Of a DNA stretch of 64,000 nucleotides, positions 9,889-24,400 are shown one piece after another. This stretch comes from Balanoglossus misakiensis (taxonomy: Eukaryota; Animalia; Hemichordata). The stretch lies in NCBI GenBank assembly GCA_040954595.2, contig CM082591.2, positions 2,269,745-2,333,744 on the forward strand. The letters run 5' to 3'. The notes under the pieces were generated by a model that did not search any database, was not told where the DNA came from, and saw only the letters and a program-made list of their open reading frames with translations. The position numbers and the translations under genes were made by a program. Within the stretch, counting starts at the first letter, position 1; each line of letters begins with the position of its first letter.

Positions 9889-12800
9889 CTACAGTCCAAG
9901 GCAGGATTTTGACTTCTGAAGATGTTGCAGCTCTTCCAAACTCAGCACTGGATAATGTTTGCCATCTGCATTTGGCTCTGCAGAAAACAAGATTTGATCA
10001 GTTTCTAAACATGTAGAGAACAGCAACAATTAGGGACTATTGATCATAGAAATTGACACTTTTGAAATGTATCCTTTTTTGTAGCAAATCATGTTGATTC
10101 CTTACATTATGATTCCTGTACTTTTGACGGCTTGTGATTTACCTACAGTTGTTGCTATTTCCACATTAATTCTTTTTCTGTGCACTGCAGACGTATAACA
10201 AGTCAGTGTGACGTGAGGTGCAGAAAGTGATTCCAGGTCTGACCCCTGGCCCCCTCTGCAGTCTAAATGAATTACATTTCACAAGCGTCAACTTTTTATC
10301 ATCAATGACCCCTGAGAAATTAATGAACACACATAATATCGTGACTCTGTGGTGAAAGGAATATCAAAGACATGCATTTGTTAATTATTTATTTCAGTCA
10401 TGAAGACTATCAGTTGCTTGGTTTTCCATTATATATCAAAAGTTTTGTCAATCCAAAATGCCACCCTTGGGAATCAATTTTCAGGGTTTAAATTTCATCC
10501 TTTTCATTTCTTTGGCTAACTTACAAGCTTGCCAAGAGTGATTTTTAATCTTACAAACACAGTGGAGAGTGCTATCTTGTTTCATGGAGTTGGAGCTGGA
10601 AGCCATATTGGATTGGCAGCCATATTGGACTGGTGGCCATATTGGATTGACGGCCATATTGGACTGGTGGCCATATTGGATTGACGGCCATATTGTTAGT
10701 TAGAGAATTACCAGTATTGCACAGAATTTTACTGAACTACCAGTATACTACATACAGCACAGCACACTACGCTACACCATAGTACTGTTACAAAACTCTT
10801 TCTACAATTAGCTGCACTATGCACCAGGCAAAACTACTCTACATTGCACAGAATCCATACGCACAACATCACAAAAAATTCCAGCACTAAGCAAAACTTG
10901 TGGTCAATTGTCCTTGCAACTTCATTAATTCACCACATTTTCGAGACGTAATTAAACATTTTAATGAACATCTGTGTGAGGCTTCAATATAGTTATGCAG
11001 GAATTTCAATGAGCGAAATTCATTTGGCTGGAATCTCACCGAGTAGGTAATTTAGAATTCAGGGACTGTGCCTAAGTTCGTATGAATCCTGTATGCATCA
11101 CAGCATAGCAACTACACACGCATTACTGTACTTTCAACCCTTTCACCACCGTGGTTCGGTCCAACCCCATTGTTTTCTCTGGCAAACTGTGGACCTCAAG
11201 ACGGAATACGGGGGTGAAAGGGTCGACGAACACCCACTGAAGTCATTCTCACGTGATGTACATCGCTGCACACGATAAAAGCGAACACCAACGATCCCGA
11301 CCTGTCGTGTCGCCAAAACCGAGGTCATAGGTCGGCAGTAGAAGTCAAAGGTCATAGAGACGTACACAGTGAGAGAAGAGAAAGCAGTTGCAAAGAGACT
11401 CTTCCTGTGGATTTAAGAAACACTGTACAACAGCAACAAAATACACTAAAAGAAAGAGATTGAGACTTCGAAAACAAGATGGAAGAGTTAGTGAAGGAAG
11501 AAGAATACAGAGAAGAAATACAGTAAAACCTGTCTAAACTGCTTCTTCAGCCCGTTCGATGTTCAGTTTAGACAGATTTTCATGTACAACAGAGACAGTT
11601 ATCTGAAGTGATAGCTATATTGCTCTCTACATTGTACAAGTTGGAAGTCTACCTAGCAAGATAAAGAATATTATGGCCAAGTTTCAGTAGCTTGTTATGA
11701 TTAGGTCCAACTGGTAATGACAGGAATTGAATCTGTTGGTAATTTGACAAAGTGGGTTAGAAAAAAGTTCTTGGGCTGGCCTACATATCTGGCAATCCTG
11801 ATATGTATGTATAGTGTTTCCAGCAACATCAAGGTCACTATGAAGTTCAATGTGTGCCGAGGAAATAAATTACTGAGTACTGAGATATTGAAAGTTCCAC
11901 AGGGAATCTCAAAGTCAAAGATCTACACAGCAGATGACAAAATTTGAGCTTGATATGCCCAACACAGTCTGTCATCACTGCAATTGCTCATTCACGAGGT
12001 CAACTTGCGGTCGCGAATATTTCTACTGGCATGTCCCATATAACGAAAAGTAGGTTTCCAACACTAACCCAGATGTTCATAAATTAGGTACACATATTTT
12101 AACGCTATTCATAGTTTTTCCAATTTAATTTATGGGTGTTATGAGCTCAAACAAGAGCAAAACTTTGAAATACGGAGGAAATAAGCCGGTGTCTAACACC
12201 AGCGACCAGACCTAGCTACTTTCTCGCTTATTACGTATGTACGCAGATACCACGGGTGGTCTGTACGCCGGCAAAAATAAGTGGAAAAAAAACGCCAATG
12301 ATAAAAAATACTCTACATTATGTATCATTCATTCATGCAAATTTTTTTCATCGTGCCCCTCGCATGATAAATCACTTTAACTTCGACAAAGAAACGTGGA
12401 TCTAATTATGATTGATATGAAATCAGATACCACCTGAATGTAATATTAATACACGGTGATATTTGAGACGGCAAAGGAAAGGTCGACGAACTATTTATAT
12501 CTCCTTCCAATGTTAGTATGCTATTTATATGTCAGTACACTACTTTTATTCGCAATTAGCATTTATCTTGTTCTTTTAAATAGCTTACATTATTTCTTCG
12601 CAGGAAACAGGGAGATGAAACGACCAACGAGTTTGCACATTACACTGTAGCAGAAAATACAGAGGAATGCTACCACTATAAAGGGACAAAAATTTTCATT
12701 AATTAAATTACAATTTTTGCTGCTTTTTTATCTCGTTTGAATTTGTTATTGTAACTCTTACCACCAGAATGCAATATTAAATCTCCCAGTAAATGAAATT

Positions 12801-15800
12801 AAGTCTTTGATAAGATATGTTTTCTTTCTATAAAGAGGGTAGTGTATAAGAATTAAATACCAAGATATGGGGTTCTATCCCCCTTTTCTCTTAATATTTC
12901 TAAGTTTCTCTCGTTTATGAAGTTTAAGTGAGACTTTACTTGCTACCACACATTCCTGCAGAGTATTGAGATCTACACCGATGTTGAAATCCAAACAGAA
13001 CCATGGCTTGTGGTGTGCTTATATCTGTCCTGGTGGCCTGTTTCAAGTCACGTTGATGGCTTCGACAAACACTAACCCTCGTCGTAAAAAAATGTGAAGA
13101 GGCAACTTGGGCACTCTTGAAATCACGCACCGACATTATTTTGAGATACTGACAGGTTTCGAGTGGGGAGAGAGAAAGAGGAGTGTGTCCTCGTTGTGGA
13201 CAGAAAGCTGACTTTTCACTCTGAATTTCTGTGTCAAATCACCATTGTTTGGTGTGTTTTTTAAGCTTTTTTTCATGTCATCAGCTATAGCTTAATATGT
13301 GACGACAGATTTAATACAATTTACACCAAAGGGCTATATATCATGGAAAGATCTTTCTATGCTTTTTATTTTTACACCAGGAGAGCTTTCTAGAACACAT
13401 CTTTTTAGAACAGGATGAATTCTAAAACAGATGGTTGAGTACATACCACAATGGAGATTTCTGCGCACTTTCACTGATTCCAGATATTTTCAGATTACCA
13501 ACCTACAATGAAAAAAAAAATAATTGGAAATTAGAAATGAATCTGTGTCATATGACATCTTTGATATTGGACATTCACCTTCCAGAAAATCCCCATCACA
13601 AGGTTAGATAAGGATTAGGATTAAGGTGAATATCCAAATGACAATGCCCAGGGGGCGACTTCCCTAGAGTCCTGATATGTTATTTGGAAAATACATGAAA
13701 ACAAGATGGCTGCCCGTGGCGGCCATGTTGTGTTGGATGGGCAGCCAAACAAAATAATGTGCTATACACATTGATCAGTGTATTTTCTGTGTACTGTATA
13801 CTTCAGGTAAATCCACACCAGACTCATGACACATGAAAAGAATGATACAACTCTAAACTTTGGAGCCTGGCCTAAACAAACCAACTGAGCTCATTGAGAA
13901 TACAATGATGGTGATGGAGACTATAGTAATTCTGTGAGACAGTATTATTACTACTGCGCAGGCAAGATGCTTGAAAACATACCGAAAATAAACCGAATGC
14001 TATTCAAATATGCGTCGACTTTGACAGAGAAGGGACTGGGGACAGTTGTCAGCATACCGTGCATAGTTGTTCATTACATGACCCGCATTATCCACTGAAA
14101 CGAGACACTATGCGTGTGCTTAATTGCAGTAACTTCTATCATTCGCGGTATTCCATCAACGATGGTGTGTCCACAGTCACTACTGTCAGTGCTAACCCCC
14201 CTCGGCTAGCCGCATCCCCAATACATCTGTTCATTCCATTGCGTGCGTGGAAAACATTGTTCGCTGGAAATCTATCTGGGGCATTTAAAAAACGCGACAA
14301 CACGTCCAGCCTTAAACTCCTCTATTGTCGCTCCTAAATTACCGAGGATTACCACAGCAACCAAAGAAATGTGCGATGAAATGTCATTTTGGAGGACTAC
14401 AATTTGTATTTTTTTTTCTCATGGGATAACTTTCTTCTAATGGGATGACTATTTTCAAGGATCTGTAGCTGTGTGTAGATAAAATGAAACGATAACATCA
14501 CTGGGATGATTATATACTGGTATAATAATAGTGTCCTTTGATATATGACGGAGAAATGTGTCTTGCCGCATCAAAATGACAAGCTGAACCACGCATTTGG
14601 CCATAACTCTTTAAATATATCAACCTAAAAGATGGGAATCTAGTGATTGTCTGTAATGGCTATATCATCGTTAGCTCTCAGTTGCCTTTGTCTGTTAAAA
14701 AAATATCTTGTATCCTGATCAAAATGTACCACTGCTTTTTGCTTTTTTACTCTTGAAGTGAGTCAGTTTCAAGGTAGACTGGCTAGCTCGTAGTGAATTC
14801 ATATGCACTGTCAATCATTATTAAGAAAAAGTGTGTTATTGACAAGATCGTCTATAAAAACATCGTTCGCCAACTGTGAGAAGACAGTGTGATTAGACGA
14901 CTCAATGTCAAGTATTGGTGGTTACTATGTAACGGTGAGTCAAGCAGGGTTTCCATGCTTTCAAAGTTCTACAATTCCCTGCTTTCCCGGAGATTAGATT
15001 TTCCACTGGTTTTCCCGGAATATTTGACGCGGTTAACTACCAAGATCGCTGAATGTCAGAGATACGTCAGAAACAAATCGCAACAAGTGCATCAGTCTTT
15101 GAGTAACTTGGATGCCTTTGAAAAAATTCAGAATATTTTCTGTCAGCTGGTTGTGATGGAACTTTCTTTACCAGAAGTACATGAGGATGACACACATCAC
15201 AAACACAACATCACATACATTACTGTGGTTTGAATTGATTTATCACGTCAAGTTTAAAGATGGGGGACTGAAGGCACAAGATCTTTTTCCAGATGCCATT
15301 TCAACAGACTTTTATTTTGTATTTCAAGTGTCTTTCTCAACAACAAGTGGAGATCTGGGTGTTGAGTACTTCATATTTTCACTTAGAAACCGGATATTTC
15401 CTCCCTGTCTTTTGTGAGGTGCCATTAACCTTCTTACAAAAAGTAAAACTGAAGTTAGCTGCTGTTCACAAATACGACAGACTCAACACAGTCAAAAATA
15501 AAATGTTAGAATTCGCAAGAAATCTATTATTTATTGTCTCCATCATTTGTGAAAGATTTGTGAGAAAAACCACCTTCCTCATCATTCTTCTCCTGTCTTC
15601 TAGTCAACCATAAAAGCTCTTTTCCACAGAAGAAACCTGTAGCTGGCCCCCTTAGACTTGTCGTATTCACCTGAATAAAGAATTGTGCATTCAATTTCCT
15701 ATTTTGTTCAGCAACCAGTAAAATGAATACGACAGCTTTCTGACACTTGGTTACAAACTCTTAATGTCGTTATTATGATATTATTATTCCAATTTTTCCA

Positions 15801-18351
15801 GTCGCTATTTAATACGCTATTTTCAAATGATTCCATTTCGCGTCAATGACGGCTTTTCATCGTACTCGCAATGCTGTGAAACAATGGCGCAACCGCCGTC
15901 AAGTTATTCTTGCCTTGTTCGCGAATTCAGCGCCTAATTTTTATCCTAAATCTAATCTCGCCTGGATTAGCATTGAAACTCCTGTTTACCATGACAAAGC
16001 TGAAGAGCCTTTTTTGAAACTAAGCCTCCTTAAGTAAGTGAAAATTGCTTGTCTAGGTATTGGCCAATTAATGGGTTATTTGAGCAGTATGTCAAGTAAA
16101 TACCTGCACATCTGTTGCCACAGTAACGTAAATCTGGCCAGCTCCGTCTCAGACCGATGAGAAAATAAATCGACAGGACAAAGTATAAAGAGAATGTAGT
16201 GCTGTGTTTAGAGATGAGACCACGCATAATCAAAACACGCAAGTGATTACAGAGCAGAAATGGGCATTTTAGTTTCTGTCGGAAAGCTACAAACTGAAGT
16301 ATTTAACATTTTAAGAGTAAAAGAACAATTTGATTCCCTTATCCTGGGGTGATAACTCTACTACTTATCAACACCCACATTAATGTGACACTTGCATACA
16401 AGTTATCGACTGTATGACATTTGGATCAGTGCATAAGGGTACCTCATCTGTAACAGATATTTTCCATGCATTGCTTAACCGTGGTAAATTTCTGTCACCT
16501 TTGCGTGAGCGTTTGACATTTGTCAAATAGATCTGTTTTCTAAGCACGGCACCGCATCTATCCTGGTTGATATATTTGGTCGTTGGTCAGGCGGACACGA
16601 AGTATAATTTAAATTCTCGGCGACGGCACTGTAGCTTTGTACAGGGTAATAAAGATGAACGATTCTGACAGGGAAAACGTCAGGGATTATTTTCACATTC
16701 ATATAACACAATCTCGCGTTGGCAACTGAGACACTTAAGATAAGATTGTCCTTGAGAAAGTGCGAATCACCGATCTGACTTTGGATATTGGCTTCGGCGA
16801 GGAAGTCATGCTAGATCAAACACCGAGGTGTCTCAACTGATGCAGGGCTGTGTAAAATCTCATTGTTTGGTAGTCTGGTATTTAGCAGTGATTTGGAGTA
16901 AAGCGGACAATACACGGCTAAATACTAGACCAATTGTGTGGAGACTTAACTTATAAAGTTACATCACAGTGGTGGTGTGTTAAGCCACTGAGGAATTTCT
17001 TTGGTAGCAATGTTACCTCCTTGTGATCATGCATGCTTGTCAGTCAGTATAGCACAGGCTTAACCAAACATACAACTACTCATGCAGTCATCTTGCATAA
17101 TTTGTTTGCACCTTGTTGCAAGACAACTGATGTTTCATTTTAATGCAAACTGCAACATGAACTACACGAGTGGCAAAAGTCTGGCTTGGTGCTCGGGCCA
17201 CTGTGCTGTAATAAATATGTATTACATGGAAGTTGCTTGTAATGAAAATGGATCAGGGCAAAAGCAGAGGCGTCTTTAAGCACATGCTCAGATCCATCTT
17301 CAGAGGCATCAAAGTCAACAGATTAAACGATAAAATGAGAAGTTGCCATGGCGACACAACACAGACAATGATGATGGAACAGGACGAGAATAACTATGTG
17401 AACCCCAGCGGAGACATGTCGATGTTACACAATTCAACACAAGTACGAACGTGCAATGCTTACAGACTCCTCCATTAACCCTTTGAGTCAAAATGTGGTG
17501 CCACATTTTTATCATTTTAATACATTTTTTTCCAGTTTCTCCGTCAATTTTAGACCAAGAAGACATAATTTTACATCATCTGCAGGTCTTGATCAAAATT
17601 TCAGAAAAAAATGTTGAAAAAGTTATGACTAGGTAAATTCTGTGAAAAATGGAGACAAGTTGAATGGTGTTGAAAAGGTTGAACACAAGACTGTTTAGAT
17701 TTTCTTTTCATATCATTTAAAATATATAGCACACATTAAGTACACAATTAAATTAAGATAGTGATGTCCATGGTATGTTATAGGCAAGCAAATGCCTTGT
17801 ATTTGGAAGAACTAGCGACACTCAATCATCATATAGGTTAGAAGCAAACAGTTGTACTGGCATGCAAAAAACACATATTTGAAACGAAATCCATCCGGAA
17901 TATTCAACTGTAATAGATCCTCATCACCATCAGCTGTTACAACCAGTCCGTTTCATAAAATGGGATTTCGCTCGTCACATGGTGTGAAAAACCGTCACTT
18001 GAAAAGCCCGTTCCGGTCGGATTTGACATGTCCTATCAGCTTAGAGGTAATATTTTGTCGGGCTGGCCAATAACGTTAAGTCCTTGAGGCATATCAAGTT
18101 ACCGACGATCGAACGTGAAATGCAACATGTGTTGGGCCTCTGACAAGGATGAGTTCATCACAGCGACCAACAACATGTGTTTGTCGTATATTTCAAACTG
18201 TCTCTTTCACGCATACATTAAATATCACCCAAACCAGCTGGAATTTTCCCCATTTTTTTAAAACTCCACTTCAATAAATATCAGTGCTTCTTGTTGTTTA
18301 ATTGAATGTGTAATTTCACTTGTAATAGTTTGCTTGAAACACAAACAGTCA

Positions 18352-18401
<50 letters not shown>

Positions 18402-21400
18402 TGCATACATACATACATACATACATACAAACAAACAAACAAACAAACAAGATACAAACATACATATGCACATGTACACACACACACACACACACACACA
18501 GGAAGTTAATTCTCTCAGATCAAATCCTCTTTTCAAGTTTCTATCACATGCCCATCACAAGTAGGTGATAAGTAACTGGGATCTCGAGTTATCTGCAGTC
18601 TTGCTTGAAGGACACAGCCACACACGGTTCATATACCTGGTCTTTCACTCGCCCCATCCACCCCTCTAATCAACAGAAAGTCACCGATCCGGAATTCCCA
18701 CCCACTTCTCCGAACCCACTTACCAGTAATCACCCGAGGTTAAAATAATAAGTGCCAATCACAGAGACACGTGTAACATTTTCGGTAAACACACAAAGCA
18801 TGAGTCAAGTCATTGATACGATCCATATTAAATACCCACTGGCAGCTGTTACACTGGACTGCCTTTTACACCTATGCAAAAGCCTCCCTATTTCTGACTC
18901 TGTCATAAAACATGACCCATTTTGGTCAACTGGCTTTTGTTGCAGTGTGAATGAATCACTTTCAGTAAGTTTCTATCTTGGTGACGGATCTACATTGCCA
19001 TTTGACTGATGTCACCTACTTTACGATTTTACGGCCGATAAAACTGTTACACTGTCAAAGAGAATATATACAACATGAGGCCAGTCTTTTCTCGTTCAGG
19101 TAGGACATCCCTGACTTTATGAGTAAAGCACATGTACACTGTCCTCATGCTAAGTGTGAATGAAGTTTGTTCAGGCATAGCAATGCCCCAAGACATGAAA
19201 ACATTCTAAACAAAATGGCCGTCTGGCAGCCATGTTGGATCACATCACAAAACCAATCAAGATACATGAAGTCAATTCAGGTATGCCCAAGTACTTTACG
19301 GTCATGAAAAAAAAATTAAATGGCTACCCACAGTCAATATCATGACTGCATTATAAAACAAAACAAAATAAAGTACTTTGTGATCATGACCAGTTTGAAA
19401 ACAAACAAAGCTACAGTTATTTTGACTGATTGCTCTGCAGACCAAAAAGCTTTTGCTGACTTCCCGCCCCGGCTGTGACACCACTCCCAAGGTGGTAGCT
19501 ATACATCACACAGGGTGCAATCTGTTACTCATGTGATCATTCATTTTCCTTTGGTTTCTGGACAAACTGATGTAACTATACATCTGTTGTCTTGTGCATT
19601 GATGAGTCAACATGACAATACATCATTAGTAGGCCATATCACAACTGTGTACAGAGAACTGGGTTTCCAACTAGGTCAGCTTTGGGCTAACCCAAGGCCG
19701 GCCACACTAGTTTACAAATTTTAGCATGTCTCATTAGAACACAAAACAATATGTACATAATTACTCGGGCAGACAAGACAGAACTTAGGATAAGCTGTGT
19801 CATTGGTGGGAGTGTTCTGAACACAAAAACTAACACTCTTTTGAAATGGAAAGCCCTTCTACTTTTCAATAAACAAATTTCTCCTGCACTCTTACACATT
19901 AACATTGCCAGTTCCCAGGGCTGTACAGATAAGCTCTTGGTTCCCTAGACTCAACAGAGCACACTCAGTTCCCCAGACCCCCAAAAACTAGCAAACCCAG
20001 TTCCCCCAGAGCAAGACCCAATGCAAACAGACACACTTGACCTGTTGAGAGATAAAAAAAAAAAAACGCACAGCGCCAAAGGCCCATCAGTGACTATTTC
20101 TGTCCGATAATCATTTTCATATCTAACTAGCCAGAAAAGTCTATTAGCTAAAATTAGCCAGAGGAATCAGATGGGTATTTTATTGAGATCCTCATCTCCA
20201 TGAATTCATCTCGAGTGTCAAGAGGGGATAAACACAGAAGACTCCCCAGTTTCTCTGTAATTAAATACCGAGATGTGTTCACACACACAACTGTAGGACT
20301 GTTGGTTGACTCCATATATTACTAGATTAGGTTGGTCGGGATATTTCACGCGATTACCGACTGCAGCGTAATTGATTGCTCCGTACAACTCAATAACAGA
20401 TCACTCTAATCCTGCCGTTCACTGATGAACTGTTCAGGTTACCTCATAAACATTTCACTTACAATATGTCTTCATAAGTCGACTAACGATTTGACTAGTT
20501 TGTAGCACATGGATGCACAGACCCAACGCAAGGGGACGTATGTTGCCATCGTAATACACGGACATCAATATCGCTTTTACTAATTTCGAATTGCGGCGAT
20601 AAATCCCAACTTTTTAGCGCGTGGGTAAACTTAACAGGCCAGTTTCTGTAAGTAGATGAAGGTTTAATAGGAATGTATAACTTACCATTATATGCTTGGA
20701 ATGTTTCTGCGGTCTTGACCACTGCAAACACCGGGGCCAAGCAGGCAACGCATTCACAGCGAAGACACGCCAAACGTAGTGCACATCCTAGCACACAAGA
20801 CGCTGCTCTACCCACGACAGAATGGAGTTGTCCTAATAAACAGATCCGCCACAAGTAATCGTGTAGATGGCTGTTAGGGTACTGAGTTGACGTTTCGAGC
20901 CATCTGAGTTGCGTGTACTGTCCCCGTAAATATCGAAGATTCGGAGTTGTGTTTTCGTACAGGATGGGAGATCGTCGGCCATGTCAGATGTCGTAATCTA
21001 CGCACGCCAACAGTCATTTGCATGTTCACGTTTCGTTTCCGAATTCCATCTGCAATCCTGTATAAAACAGAGGAAATGAAAAAAGTCAGCGCGCTGCTGA
21101 GACCCCCACTTAGGCAATTTTTCTTTTGAGTGAAGCAATTATTTCTACCTGTGTTGTGCACTCTGTTCTGTGGTTTTGAAGAGAAAAATACACAGTCCCA
21201 TAAAAACATTAATATCGTAAAACTGACATGCTAATTCATGCCACAATGAGGTGTGTAGGTGGGAAAGGTCTCCTACTCGGACTGATTTATGACCAAAGAC
21301 AGGTGGAGACCCCCAAATCACACGTCGCTACATGTAAAAGCCATAACAGACTGTCCTTGTGTCAACTTTGACAGAAATCGCTTCGGGCACGTCGGAGCAA

Positions 21401-24400
21401 TATTGCAAAGTCACAAATCAAACTGGTTTTCACAGAGCTGTATTGAATAAACAATCTGAATGTCACAGTACTATGTAAAAACATGTTGATTCGTGATATG
21501 AAAAGAAATTGTTTCACGAATCATTGACGAAATACTGGTGGTCAGTCACTGTGTGTGTGGGCCGGGGTGAGTTGGTGATCTGTTGAACTTTGGCATTGTC
21601 ACTCAGAAAGAATAAGTAGTCTGCAGAAACAGCAAAAAAATCTCAAATGGCCAAAATGATGGCGATTTCATGAAGATCAGGAAAGATCACATGACTTGGA
21701 ATCGATGGCCAGGCTAGCAACTCAATAACAGAACTTCTTTAAATAATTACGCAGATGCTAGTATTATGCCGCACCCATATCGATGTTTGCCTGATGCGAC
21801 ATGCATATTAATATTCACCTGGCTTCATGCCTTATCCACATACACAGAACAGGTTATACATTCATTTTAACATGTGGTTCCATGTCAAAGGGACAGGAAA
21901 ATGTGTTCGGTATACACAGGTTTCCAGATTAGACAGGGTTCGGTTTGGACAGGTTTGCGTGTCAATCTTTTCTACAGAAAAAAAATTGACCAATGTTACA
22001 GCTAATGGTGAATTTATTAAGATATGTTATGAAACTTGAAGCAGATGGGGGTTGCTAAAATTAATATCATCTGGACTGTTATTGACAAGCTATTTTTTAC
22101 CAGACAACTGCCACAAACCACAGGATGTGTGCTTGTGCATCATTTATATCGACGCCAGTCAGAATGTGAGGGTAGTCATAAATTGAAGAATATTTTTAGT
22201 CCCGTGCACACAAGGAAATTGAGAATGGAAATCTGAATTGAAAACTGGAATTTTGCCAAGGAAACTATTGGTTAAAAAAAAGAAGGTGAGAATATACACA
22301 CATGCTCTAAAACTTACAAATAACATTTTTCACACTTCATGAATAAATTCAATGTGGTGGTTAGAGAGACAGAGAGAAAGATAGGAGCAGCCGATAATAC
22401 TTGTAACAGATGGTCAGCTCATTAACATGCACTAACGTGGTTGTTCAGTGCCATAATTTATATCAAATAATGGAAAATTCTTATGTCACAATAAATTCGT
22501 CAAATTCCAGTTATCTTTCCACTCTTCAGCAGAATTTCTCTGACAAGGACTTGGTGGGATATTGATTTATGATATCTATGTGTGTTTGTGGACGTGTGGG
22601 TCAACATGTAGGACGCTGCGATATTTTTTGCCGTTTTAAAACTTGTATGTGGGACTTCGGTCTTCATTGTATCTCAGTCAATTCATAGCACCATTAAATA
22701 TTTTATTCAGGATGCAAAACGATTTTTACTTCATTTTATATATATCATGCAAAGCAACAGATGTGTGAGTGAATACACTTGTCAACCTGTGATCTAGCTC
22801 TTGCGAAATTTCGACGGAGGAATGACGTAACACAGCACAACAGAAGTTCGTCACAAACACATGTTGCCCGGCCTATAATTGGCTAGAACACCTGTTTCAT
22901 TACTAACCCCTGCAACTTCGAGTTAACAGAAATGCATATTAAAGGTATATCACCCCAAGAATGACCAACCAATTTCTGGTACAGTCCTTCAGGGTAATTA
23001 ACAACTGTTATAGCCCACTTCGCAAGGCAATACGTGTTCGTACACTCCCAATCCATAATATGTGTTCATACTCGTGATGTCAATCCATAATATTTGACTT
23101 TACGAGTTAAAAGGAACGCCAACTTCACAATATGCTGCATTACAGGTTTTTCCAACATACGTTAGGTAGAGTTGCTATTTTGATAAAATTTAGCAGCTGG
23201 TATGCTAGGTCTCTGATATGGTTCCTTGCCCTAGTAATTCAAGAAGATATACAGAGATGATTTTTTCCTATTACCATGAAAATACAGCTATCGGATAATT
23301 TCATGTCAGAAGTGACCTTGATTATCTATTTTTCGCATTCACCCTCACTTTGTCAGTCAAGGATCATGACATCATGATATCCTGAGGAATTTATATCGGA
23401 CGATTTTTTTTAAGAGCGGGAAGGGACGTCCATTATCATGGAAAAGTCCGTGGCAATCCCAGGGATGAAGGAATGTGACGGAAATGACAGATGACAAATG
23501 AACTATAAAGGAAAACGTCCCCGTGATAAGGTTTAACGGCATCACGACCAATAAAAGTGTAATGCCCTGACCTGCTGTCCGTATTAACTTGTACCAAAGG
23601 TGATAAATAATAATGATGTGCACATAACATGTTATCTTCATTGCAGAGACAAATATCTACCGAAAAAAAACTCGAAGCTTCTGAAAATGTTGCTTTCTGA
23701 ATCAGACGATATAATTAAACATGACTTGTAAATAGGTGCTCTAAATAATTTTACCTCAACATGACCTAATTACACCTCTTCACATGACATGTAGTTACTT
23801 TCTATGGTGTTGTGTGAATGTATGGCATACCAGTACATTTTCAAGCAAATTATTAAACCTGGGGGTCTATAATTTGACTTTTTAGACACATTTTGAAGCA
23901 TTAAAAAAATATAGTTTAAAAGCCTCGCCAAGACGCTTGTAAATTTTTAATCACCGGGCACGGTGACAGAGTAAAAAGTACTGATTAATATTCAGACGAC
24001 GGCGTCGACCTGCGATGATGGTTAATAACCACGGACAGTCGCATGATATATGTCCTGTGTGGAAATGTGACTCACCAAAACTAGCAACATGGGCATTGCT
24101 AATTCCTAGATATGCACATTAGAGAAACCTTGTCATTGTTGCAATGGCTTTTGATGCAAACCTCGAGAGAGATCAATGCATTTCGTATTTGCCGATACAA
24201 GTCAGCAGTGTCTGCGTGTCAATATTAGTTAGAATGAAAGCAGCATTTGTATGATACGAGCGAATAATAATACGCTGAGTTCAATAACATTTTTACGAAC
24301 TTTTGAATTATCTGGTAAACATAGATTAAAATAGCACACCCAGTTCAAACATCTAACAAAGCATAAATTGAATCACCTTGTCCTACTTTACAGTGTTTTA

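Noticed and set aside
9780-13502. Selenocysteine reading: the 13502-13447 exon joined to 9977 creates TG|A followed by ~65 open codons
   Set aside because: No phase-0 upstream exon, no SECIS identified and no recognisable homology.
17233-17478. 81-aa plus-strand ORF (MDQGKSRGVFKHMLRSIF...)
   Set aside because: No homology I can recognise, a weak donor and no partner exons.
18258-18564. His/Thr and Cys/Val repeat ORFs
   Set aside because: Translations of the (CA)n compound microsatellite.
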